The position numbers and the translations under genes were made by a program. A stretch of 62,545 bases of DNA, filler included, from Choristocarpus tenellus KU-1152 (lineage: Eukaryota; Protista; Phaeophyceae), in NCBI GenBank assembly GCA_964200185.2. It is 7 parts of 7 records of this genome, joined end to end, with 100 filler letters (N's around TTAATTAATTAA, not from the genome) between each part and the next. Parts side by side here need not be neighbours in the genome. Positions count along the whole stretch, not along the records: positions 1 to 10,113 come from CAXNAD020003142.1; positions 10,214 to 17,779 come from CAXNAD020005953.1; 5 more parts are not named here. One strand, given 5' to 3'. The notes under the pieces were generated by a model that saw only the letters and a list, made by a program, of their open reading frames with translations, did no database searches and was not told the origin of the DNA. This document shows, in pieces, positions 1 to 10,599 of this stretch (position 1 is the stretch's first letter; each line of letters begins with the position of its first letter).

Positions 1-192
1 CTCACACCAACAAGTCACCCCAACAAGTCACACCAACAAGTCACACCAACAAGTCACACCAACAAGTCACACCAACAAGTCACACCAACAAGTCACACCA
101 ACAAGTCACACCAACAAGTCACACCAACAAGTCACACCATCAAGTCACACCAACAAGTCACACCATCAAGTCACACCAACAAGTCACACCAT
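1..192. repeat. 13-bp minisatellite (CAAGTCACACCAA)n, ~14 copies, intronic in the VPS9 gene
   Basis: Directly visible tandem array with occasional CAT variants; it continues past the window start. Confidence 0.95.
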
Positions 193-351
193 CACGACCT
201 CTTAATTGAACGCATTATGAATTAACAACACTGACCAAGACTGTCATAACTAACAACAATCAAGGCACACACACGCCGTCCCTTCCCTTTACAAACACCC
301 CTCCCACAACTACAACCCAAGCAACACCACAGACTGTTTTGAAAGGATCAC

Positions 352-3300
352 CTTCAGCTCCAGGATCTTGTCCATAGGGGTAGCTAGCATAGACACTCGA
401 CGGAGAGTTTGACCCGCTTTGGACAGATCGCATTGAAATCTGGCATTAACACCAAAGTCACTCTGACAACAAAAAAAAAGGAGCCATCAAGACATAAGGC
501 ATCAAGGCATCAAGGGGTGAGGAGATCGGAAAGCCACAACAGAACAAAAAAACATCCCAAAGCAGGGTTTGATATTACATGATAGGCGATGGGGGGAAAA
601 AGTAGAATAGAGTACCGCAACATACAACAATGGGGGGACAGAGAGAGAGAGTTATGTTATCATCATTGAAAAGCATGATTTTGGTTTTGTGATATGTAGG
701 AAAGATACTGGTTATGGGATGGAAGAGAGGCAAGAGTACAGGGTATTGTATCTGAAAATTGTTCTATATCCTTCGAAAGTGGGATGTTTCTCAAAAATGT
801 TGAAAGACCAATTTTGTGCTCACTTAGGGTTAGGATTAGGGTTAGGGTTCATGGCTTCGTACAAAAAAAAACGGTTCTCCGAAGTATCTGCCAACAATGG
901 AGTCACCAAAAAAGCCCGATGTCTTTCTCATCCCCGTTCCACACCAGATCAATACGTGTACTCTGCAAACATACAAGAATTGTGGGAATAATTGTGGGAA
1001 TAATCACAAAGCCTAACCCTTACCCTTACCCTAACCCTTACCCTAACCCTAGCTTGAAGGTTCAGCGGAGGTTATTATGAACAGTGTAAGCACCAAAAAG
1101 CACTTTCCCGTCAGTGTTGTACTAGTACTTAATAGACTACTCCTCAATACAACTGGCCCTTGGTCAATAAACAATTTGCACTGCATGTTGACCATAACCC
1201 CCAAAAATGCACGGGATCAGTTGGTGACCCTTAACCAATGTTCAACTCTTCAACCCAACCTAACCCTAACCCTAACCCTAACCCTAACCCTAACCATGGC
1301 ACCTTCAACATTGATATCGATATTGAGAATGATGAATGACCCTACTAGCATAATATCAATAAATATATACCTACAGCATGTCCAATTATTAGTGTTGTTA
1401 ATTAGTGTTTGGGTTAGAGTTATGGTTAGGGTTACGGTCAGAAAGTAAAAAGACAAAAAAAAAATCATGCACTGACAAAAGCGCAATACCTGTGTGCTGT
1501 GGCAAAGTTGCAAACACGCCTTCTTAAGGACTCCATCCAACCCCTCATGCAAACGGGATATCCATGGATACAAGTAAGAGTGAAGGTTTCTCAACAGGTA
1601 GCTCTCAGCAACCTGCATCAACACCGCCTGACAAGGCGACACAACAGATGCAGATCATAACGTTTGGGGTGAGACAAAACACAACTCATACCTCATTCAG
1701 ATTCCCATTTTGTCTTCTGTGCCTCAAAACTTCAACCCACTTATAAAAATAAAATAGCGTTGGAGCACCTTGCCAGCAACACACCCTTACATGAATAAGA
1801 AGCTATCGGTGGTGCCACTACCAAGCAACTCCAAGTAAAAAGAGGACAGAGTCAAAGTATCTTTTAGGGTTAGGGTAGAGCCGCGTCCATTTGGGGGTCA
1901 AAATCCAACGCTGCGATTTTGATGTAATTTGTACTATCATGTTTGTTAGCACGAGTTAATGTCCTCGTTCCGTTCACACCTTTTCATAACGTATACGTTT
2001 TACCTGCTCTGAAACATTTCGGAGTAGGAAAATATCATTAATAAAAGTGTGGGAAGCCAAGCCCCAAACGAACATACAGGGCAAAATTCGTACCCTCTAA
2101 GACACTTTCACTCACATTTATCATCAATCCTGCGAGTGTCTCAATCCTGTCCGTGTACTGTGGGAGGGAGGTCTACGACAAGAGTCACTATTGCACAGTA
2201 TTAGGGTTAGGGTTAGGGTTTTCCAAAAAAAAAAATACACAAGAAATAACATATGACAGCTCTATTCAGGAAAGACTATGGTTTGGAATCATAACAAGAT
2301 TGAGGGAGGGAGGGCAGTTGTAAGGCAGGGGCATTGCACTGGCTTATTATACCTACAGGCCCTTTCTATTGGTGGAAATATACACAATACCTCTCTACTG
2401 ATGGAATTGTCGATTTCTATCTACAGAAATATATCATTCTATCCATTGCCAAAAGAGCCAAAGTATCTTAGGGTTAGGGTAGAGTCGCGTCCGTTTGGGG
2501 GCCAAAATCCAATGTTAAGATTTTGATGTAATTTTGGCTATTGTGTTTATTAGGAAGTATCAGTATCCTTGTTCCGAACACACGTTTTCACAACATACAT
2601 AATTCTCCTACTCTGAAATATTTCGGAGTAGGTAAGTTGTCATTAAAAAAACCCCTGGGAAGCCAAGCTCCAAATGGACAAACAGGGGAAATTCGTTCCC
2701 TCTAAGATACTTTCACTCAAATACCTACCTTTCTGTCAATGGAAAGTCTCATTCCATCATAGGAATCATTCAACGAATATTTCATTTGTATAAAAGTCCC
2801 TTCCCATCAAAGTACATGCATCTCTCTCATGATAGAAATGAATCTTCTTCAAAAGTATAATAACAAACAGGAAGTAGTATCTCGTAAAAGGAAAATGTCG
2901 TACATTCAATGCAATCATTTTACGACCCCATTTAGTATATATATATATATATATATATTTGTACCGCATTCCCTAACCCTAACCTCTATGTGATAATAAA
3001 TAGTAATAATCTCAACATGACTACTGCCTATGATCGGGTTAGGGCTAGGGTTCAGCTACTGCTACGAAATTGTTCTGTTGACATTGTTGCCAGGGTCTAA
3101 GAAGTTTCTGTGAGGGCAGTCGCAGACATTTCAAGTGATTTGCAATAGTATTTGCAGTATGATACATGGACTACACCAGGGGCCATCATAGATGACCACA
3201 TCCAATTGTGGTATGCTTTGTCTTAAAGTGTATGAAACTATACCACTCATAGCACTAAGTATAAAACATGATCTTATTACTATAATCATTACTAATATGT

Positions 3301-6300
3301 CACCATTTCACTAGAATTAGGGTATGGTTTGAGGTTGGAGTAGGTTTACTTTTTGCTCTTCAACAGTGGAGTTCAAAAACAAATGTTCAAAAACAAACAC
3401 CTTAGTAACCTTAGTAACCTTAGTAACCTTAGTATCCCTCTTCTAAATGGTGCTTTTTGAATAGCTTCAGCTCGGTGCATTTGTAAGCGCTTGAATCCGT
3501 GGAATTGGATTGATGTGCACAACATAGACAGTAGCTAACTGGATTACCCTTCACCTGGCCCTAATTCTAATCCTACTTCACCAATAAAACGTCCACAAGT
3601 ATCTCACATATACCCCTCTCAACAAAACTCTACGATATAGTGTGTGTGTGTGTGTGCGTGTGAATCCCCAAGAACCTGTAGAAACAGGTTTCAGTTACAC
3701 GCTTTGAACTGAAGGGGTTTATAAGCAAAGGTTAAATCTGGCCAAATCTTCTAATGCGCTCAAATTTTGAATTATCTCAAATTTTGAATTATCAAAATTG
3801 GGCAGAAATGCAGGAAGCAATGCAAATAATGTGCTGAGTGCTACAGAACTTTGCAACTAGGGCACACAAACACACACATGAGAACAGAACCATATGACAA
3901 CCATCCCTCCGCTTTCAGGTTCAATTGATCACCAGTAGAATCATATGAATTCAATCAATTCGATTCAAGGTGTTAATTCAAGTATACTGACTACCTAAGG
4001 GGTCTCTGACTTGTGCACAGTCCTGATTGGTTAACCATCATGATGAATGGCACACAATTTAGGTGCACACCATGTTTTCCTTGTCAGGAATTTTACTACG
4101 ACTTTGGACAGCCCCAAAAACCTTCTCCCCCCTCCCCCTATCTTGGAGACACTCCAACCTAGCCCTATTCTTAATCCTTCCTTTCCCCACTCTTGTTACA
4201 AAAGCTCCCAACAACTCCATTCAACATACCCCCTGTCACGTGTAAACATTGATATCACCACTATAGGTATCAATTTTCACCTCCTACGGGAGGCTGGTAC
4301 CTCAAGCTTAAATCCTTCACAGCTGCAATGTCCAGCTTCACTCCCCACTGTATATTACACACCTTGCAAAGGCATTGGCTGTATCTTTCATTGGATTTGG
4401 TTTCTACATATGCCCTGCCTCCATGCACCCTACACAATTGCAACATACATATAAAGACAGTTAGCACTCATACATAAACAAAATCAGTAATTACTCCTCA
4501 CCTCCCTCTCCTCCTTCCCTGCCCAATCTCCCCCAAGTCCATCAGCTGCACCTCTCCCACGAAGGCATTCAGACGCTGCCAGCCATATGGAACTCCTCGA
4601 CCACTGCTCTTTGACACATTGCTGCAGACCTGCCCTTGAGTCATGAGACCCAGCCTTACCGCCCCTTGAGAGCACCCTACCAACCTCCACTGCAAAACGC
4701 TCCATTTCCAAGAACACGCCTTCCAGCTCTGTTGTATGGCAGTAGACATCAGTAGAATAACATACAGTGCATCCTACCACAAAACTGAGTAGTACTTAGT
4801 TCAACAAAAAGGAGAATAAATAATAAAAAAAATGCAATCAAAATATTTCATCTTACTAATTATTTTTTTGCCCTGCAGTACAGTACAGTACAGTACATAC
4901 ATGCATACCATCCACAACTTACCACAACTTAGAATCATAACCTGCCACAATGACTATTTGTCGAGCACCAGGCACTACTTGAAAACGACCTAGAAGGGCT
5001 CCCTAAAGTTGAGACTCAAACAGGAATCTTCAGGCGTGTCATGCAATTCTATTTGAACTGGAAACTTCGGGTCAGTGGGCTAGGAGGGGCTTGACTAACT
5101 TGTAGGATTCTTCCCTTACTTCTCAACCACGACAAACCTGGCAAATAGAAACCTTTCAACTGCCAACACTAGCAAGACACACCTTCTTACGCATGCGGAA
5201 ACAACAGTTGATCACTTGGAGGGTGATTTACGGGCTGGAACAAAAAGTACATATTCAGGTAGTACTCGATCCTATTGTAACACACATTAAAGTACTTAAC
5301 AAGCGTCAGGCATGTACTAGAAGTACATAGGAAAGTAGTCAGAAAAATGATCAAGGAGCATATGAATAGGTATCACACATATCACTGTGTTGGTGGTACC
5401 TGGATGAGAACGTAAGAAGGCCATGTACTTGGTCACCACTGAGGTATCAATCTCGTGAAGGCACTCCGGAGGAGACACTAGACCCCCCAGGAGTGGTCTT
5501 GCTAAGTGCAGCAGGCGTACCATTGCCTCCCCCTTGTTGACAGAAACCTGGAGAGGACAAGAACAACCATATCATACAAACGTAACTTCTAAAAAGCAAC
5601 CAGATATAAGCAAGTGCTGCCATGTACTAACTGTAAAAACACACGCTTGCACATACACACACACAAAAATGCAAAAATAAAAAATGAATAATCCACATGC
5701 CACGCAGTCATCATGTGTAAGAGTAATATGCAAATGCAAAACTAGATCAACCACAACGATCAAGGTAACTAGTAACAAGCAAACAGTGTGCAGCCCTAGA
5801 CCCTTGTGCCAACCAAATTATTCCATTCACTGTGTACTCCATTTCCCCAATCTTACAAGGCACCATATCCCATCAAAAGCACTCACCACATTGTCTTCAG
5901 CACTCAGAAGAGTCCCATTTATCAAGTCCTGTCACATCACCCCCCTTCCCACCCCCACTCCCACACACATCATCACCACTCAGAGGCATTTCTGAACAAC
6001 TACAGAAGGGATAGTCTATTCTCAATGCAGAGAGAGAGATAGCAGAGGGTAGAAGTAAAAGGGGGTTGCCTCACCTTTGTAGCCTTTGTAACCTTGTTAC
6101 CAGACAGATCCTTCTTGTTAGATCGCTCTCCTCTACCCAGTCTTAATTGCCTTACACCCCACTCCCCCTCCCCCCCCTTTGTCTCCTCACTCTCACTCAT
6201 TGTAATGACATCAACGAAGGGGGAACCATTCTTCCTCCCTGCCCCCCCCCCTTCAACCTCAACAAGATCCTCAGCAGTGGATGATGATGGCTCCTCATCC

Positions 6301-7568
6301 CCATCAACATGAGGTGGCAGCAAAACCTCATATTCTGTCTTCTCAGAATCAAGATGAGACCGGCGACCTCCATGCAATTTTTTGTGGCTAGAAGGAGAGC
6401 CTGAATGAGATGAGGGTTGACTCAAACGTTTTGAAGGGACCATCCCTGTTGTAGACCAGCCCACTCTGTACAGGTACTGATCCATGCTCTCAGACATTAG
6501 AACGCGTACCTTGCGAGGTGGTCGTGGGAAGCCATCTCCGCAAACCACCTTCAATTGTCAACAAAAGGTATAGTGAAATGAGGTACATAATGGAGTAAGG
6601 GTTGCTTTAGAACATTGATCTCTTGGGAAAATTCTGATTCCTTACACTAAGCCCAAGTCAAACTCAATCGCTCTACTACTGTACATTTTGGGGAGTTACG
6701 GTAGGGGTGACTAGGACGTGAGGACTAGAGAGTTACGGTTCAACACCACACCTATATATGTACTCTCGGAGCATTGTTGAGGTTTTTGGGAGCAGGGGGA
6801 TGGAATGGCACTAAGCTACTTTAGCATTGATCAAGTATTTGCTTCTCAAGAACAGGACATGATCACTAGCATACTATACAAGAAATTCACTTTGAATAGA
6901 GTGCTGGATTTAATGCAAAACAGTACAATACCTCATCTCATAACACTACTCCACTCTACCATGTGAGGGCATGGCAGGTGGGGTCCTGCAGGTCCTTGAA
7001 AAATATCAAATCTACATAAAAGAGAAATCCACCGTACTAACTCTAATCTCATGACAAGAATTGCATCTTATCTACCCCAACCTCAGCACCAACACCAACC
7101 TCATCCCCGATGATACTAACAGTCCATCCATTGTGTGTTGAGTATTCTCCTGGCTCCTTAGATGGAAATAGCACATGAGCTTGAAATTCCTCCCTAGAGA
7201 GCTTGCCAGATGTCAAAGAAGTGCTCTGAGGCCGTCAAGAATCAAGATAGAAGAGGATGGGAATATACGTAACATTTGGTTACTGGTTCCCTACCGCATA
7301 TATGTATCTTGTTATGTACGACTTGTGGCTCGAGGATTTTGACGGAAAATGTGGAGTGAGGGAAGCACTTGGGTCATCCCATTAAAGGCATGTGGATACA
7401 TTCTAAGCACGGTATTCGTCTGCACAATCGTGAGGAGTGAGAGTGCCGCCTTGTCACCTGTGGGCAACAAACCACAGCATTCTCCGTTGACAGAACTGCG
7501 GTATTCCAAAGGTCTGGGAAGTTCGAGCGCAGCAGGTGCAGGAAGTAGAGAGGATCTTGTTGTTGCAT
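352..7568 (-). CDS. ANKRD27/VARP-like VPS9-domain Rab GEF, 5' portion (3' end lies beyond the window start)
   Basis: Phase-consistent GT-AG exons: 7568-7458 (MQQQDPLYFLHLLRSNFPDLW...VVCCPQ), 7225-7100 (STSLTSGKLSREEFQAHVLFPSKEPGEYSTHNGWTVSIIGDE), 6548-6075 (VVCGDGFPRPPRKVRVLMSES...), 5547-5400 (..VRLLHLARPLLGG..), 4728-4502, 1627-1490 (AVLMQVAESYLLRNLHSYLYPWI...), 462-352 (SDFGVNARFQCDLSKAGQTLRRVSMLATPMDKILELK). The N-terminus parallels the VARP pattern (F-x-S-H-I-L, T-x-NG, G-x-GF, L-C-I-x-x-PL), and the last exon resembles the start of a VPS9 domain (TPxDK). Confidence 0.8.
824..1437. repeat. Interstitial telomere-like (TTAGGG/CCCTAA)n tracts
   Basis: TTAGGG tract 824-849; CCCTAA tracts 1012-1051 and 1253-1295; degenerate TTAGGG 1410-1437. 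Others at ~2200-2220, 2971-3052, 18541-18562, 21800-21822, 55585-55624, 55761-55809, 60340-60355. Confidence 0.9.
1854..2108 (+). mobile_element. MITE family A copy 1 (~250 bp)
   Basis: TIR AAAGTATCT...AGA(C/T)ACTTT; internal GTCCATTTGGG and GGGAAGCCAAGCCCCAAA; homologous copies at 2460, 53493 and 60852. Confidence 0.8.
2460..2713 (+). mobile_element. MITE family A copy 2
   Basis: AAAGTATCTTAGGG...CCCTCTAAGATACTTT, colinear with copy 1. Confidence 0.8.
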
Positions 7569-7774
7569 GGTTGTCGTCTAAATCATATCAGCATGTCGGG
7601 ACAAGAGGGGAAGAAATGCTGTCGGTCAAGGTTTGGCTTCACGGAGAGATCGATCGCATTTTACTAGGTCAGCATGGGATCGCAGGCGAGACAACCACCA
7701 GTACGTCACCTCGAATAATAAACACACTTCCAAATTATTGAATCGGCACCTCATTACGGTGACCGGGTCACTCA

Positions 7775-8265
7775 TCATCCTCCACAACAAAGCCTAACAC
7801 ACTTCACACCGAACGGGATGGCACCATGGCCAGCGACCATCTCAAGGAATTTACTAGGAGTGAACCCAACAACGTTATCAAATGAAAGATCCCTCAACAA
7901 TTTGCTGACCTTTTCAGAAGAGTGAACATGAAAGGTTGGCTGCAGGCCGCAGAGAACAGTGTGAATTCCTCCCAGTAACAACTCATCTAGGGAGTGCCAC
8001 CTTGCCGAGGCATCACCCTCACAGCGTGGGCACGTGCAGTCAAACTCACACATCTCTTTTTCATCATCACTATTTTCACTGTCGGGATATCCCCTACCCA
8101 GAGTGCACACGTTGGCAACCCTATCAAATATCGAGAAGAACCATCGTGCAGGGTTATCAACTATTGAAAAAGGTTTGCTCATCACGAAGTCAGGGAGCCC
8201 TAAGAATTCTCGACTTATGCAATCCTTCCTTTCGTCCTCCCCCTCCCCCTCGACCCAACAAAACT
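7775..8265 (-). CDS. Unidentified ORF or terminal exon with an acidic patch and a CTCPRC motif
   Basis: The frame is open from ~8265 to the stop at 7775 (track ORF 7775..8185) with protein-like composition; no family recognised. Confidence 0.3.
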
Positions 8266-8526
8266 TTCTCTACTCCATCACATACAATTTAGCACGATCA
8301 AATCCCGTTTGCTTATCTCTTGTAGAGAAAGGGTTGCAACAAATGTTGAGGTTTGGGGAGTGGCGAAATCATAGGAAGTAACGCCTTGAAAAACGTAACG
8401 CACACATAACACAACACAGTTACGACCAGGATTACATGTTTATGTGGTCATATTTCTGAATCTGATTTCTGATTCATATGTGATTAATATATCTATATAT
8501 TATTATGCGCTCTGATCCCTTGCACT

Positions 8527-8975
8527 ATGGAGAACGGTAGCCCATTCGTAGTGGACAGGAAAATCCGTACGGATGTGGTCTTCCATGGGGGCACTTGTGG
8601 ACGCCGGATCAGCTTCCTACTACCGGGACAAAGGCCTCCTCCACGATGTTATGTTTGCAGAATTGCAAGCAGCCTCCCATCTGCCACACTCATCCACCAG
8701 CAACGGTGTAGCTGCTGCTGCAACTGACGCACGAAAGTGCACCCACTACGAGGGTTCTTTTGGCCCTCTTAGTTTTAACCTCAACACCTTCATCATGGAA
8801 AGTATTAGACGCCTCAGCAAGCAAGCAGAAAGTTTTCTGGATGAATTGGCTACACACGCAGTAGTAGGAGGGGGGAGAAGGGTGGGAAGCTACAACAGGA
8901 AAGGGGCTATCAAATCCCATTTACGACAGATAGTGTCCGTCACTACACAAGTGACTCTATCAAGATGTGTCATGC
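8527..8975 (+). mobile_element. Degenerate non-LTR retrotransposon 3' fragment (restriction-enzyme-like endonuclease, CRE-like)
   Basis: Frameshifted translation ENGSPFVVDRKIRTDVVF...AAAATDARKCTHY...FIMESIRRLSKQAESFLDELA...LRQIVSVTTQ fits the REL endonuclease C-terminus pattern (RxD..D..K..Y..E..GR..L..LA..QxxSV). Confidence 0.6.
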
Positions 8976-9750
8976 AAGGAGGGCCTGGAGACACCAGGGA
9001 TATGTGCAAGGAGGGGCCTGTCGGGTTCTTGGGATACTTCCCTAGTCCTTCACCCTGTGGTGTAGGGCTAAAGCTAGGTTGTAGGCATAGGAGAGGAGTG
9101 GTGTAGCATAGCTGGTAGTATATTGATTTTGGAGAGATACCTTTCACATTTCGACAACTCTTACTTTTGCAGGGATCCTTATATATTGGATTGGTTTTTC
9201 CCCTGACACATCTACAAAATATCAGAGGACATAATAATATGTAGGAAAACCTTGTCACGACTGTTCTGAACTGTGTATGTCCCTTCTTCACTTTATCCTT
9301 CGAGAAGTATTTCTTGTTTTTTCTAATGACAATCTAAACAATATTTCAGTGAGCATATACTTCGAAGTAATAGTGGTCGAAATCAGCAAGCATTAGAACA
9401 ATTTCTACAACGAACAGATCCAAGAATTTTGAAAGTGACCACTCTTGAAGCTCTTTTGTAGTAATAACAAGGTTTCATAGTGTTTGATTTTGGTATTTTT
9501 CCCTTCCCTCACTCCTACACAACACATCCCCAAAACATGAGTCATAATATGAAATAGTGTGATAGCCATCTTCCAAACTAAGGTATACGTTTGAGGTGAC
9601 CTATCTTGAGGGGATGCACTTCATAGTCACTTGCTCATCATATAACATCTGCTTTTGCGTGTTGATGTTAACATCTGCTTGAAGTAAATAGAAGGTGGTT
9701 TGAGAGGACCTTGTAAACCCCCCTCACTCACTTTTTGCTTGTTCACTCTT

Positions 9751-9902
9751 TGACCCAAATTATCTTGGGGGGGGGTCTACACCAGGGTGTCCATTTGGGT
9801 TATAACCAGGAAAAGTACACTTACATCATCCATCTGACGTATGCAACCGAAAAAATTGACCCCAAATGGACAGCCGCCACCCCCCCCCCAGATACGTTGA
9901 GC
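9751..9902 (+). mobile_element. MITE family B copy (~150-170 bp)
   Basis: CAAA(G/T)TATCT-G-run...CTACACCAGGGTGTCCATTTGGG...CCCAAATGGACAGCCGCCACCCC-CAGATAC; further copies at 26300 (partial), 29923 (rev), 30211 (partial), 49121, 55912 and 62372 (rev). Confidence 0.8.
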
Positions 9903-10113
9903 CTGAGGTGGGAGAGCACTTTCACAGTACTTGGGGGAACCTCTTACTACCTCTGTGCCATAAGTTTGTGCCACAAAAACATATGGGCTTACCGAGCAAG
10001 AACGGCACCGAATCGGGCGATAACTCAACAGAATGAAATCGGGTTGACAACCTCAGCTTTCAGAAAAGGTGGGGGCGGAAGTTCATCAGGTACAAACTAG
10101 AGGTGCTTCAAGC

Positions 10114-10213
10114 NNNNNNNNNNNNNNNNNNNNNNNNNNNNNNNNNNNNNNNNNNNNTTAATTAATTAANNNNNNNNNNNNNNNNNNNNNNNNNNNNNNN
10201 NNNNNNNNNNNNN
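10114..10213. other. Assembly gap with artificial TTAATTAATTAA spacer (also at ~17780, ~26358, 30111, 47584, 52737)
   Basis: The same N-run + TTAATTAATTAA + N-run structure occurs six times; the spacer has stops in all six frames. Confidence 0.97.
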
Positions 10214-10599
10214 CCCACCTTCGACACCATAAGAGCCCCTGAATGAAGAGAAGGCGGGAGCAAGTGTGTAGGTCCGGCATGCGTCAAACTTGACAGTGAT
10301 ATCACACAAGTAGGTATCGTAGGGATTAATGAAATCTCATACCACTAACATTATAATAGTACAATGAGTGTGGAACGCAAGGCAAATAACAAATGCAAAA
10401 AATGCAAACAATAGGAAATTCTGTAATAGAAGGAAAGACAGCAAAAATAATGTAGTCAAGACAATTAACACCAGCATGCGATTCTCGTACAATGAAACAA
10501 AGAACTACGAAGGACCCGGGGGAAAGAGCAAGAGATACAAAAGGAAATAGAAGGTACGAAGAACATGAAACAATATGGGGAAAGTGAAAAAGAAAGACA

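Noticed and set aside
689-1448. ORFs with LGLGLG / LTLTLT / PNPYPNP / RVRVRV repeats
   Set aside because: Translations of telomere-like hexamer tracts inside an intron.
10158-10169. Palindromic TTAATTAATTAA repeated six times in the window
   Set aside because: Always centred in N runs; an artificial six-frame-stop linker, not biology.
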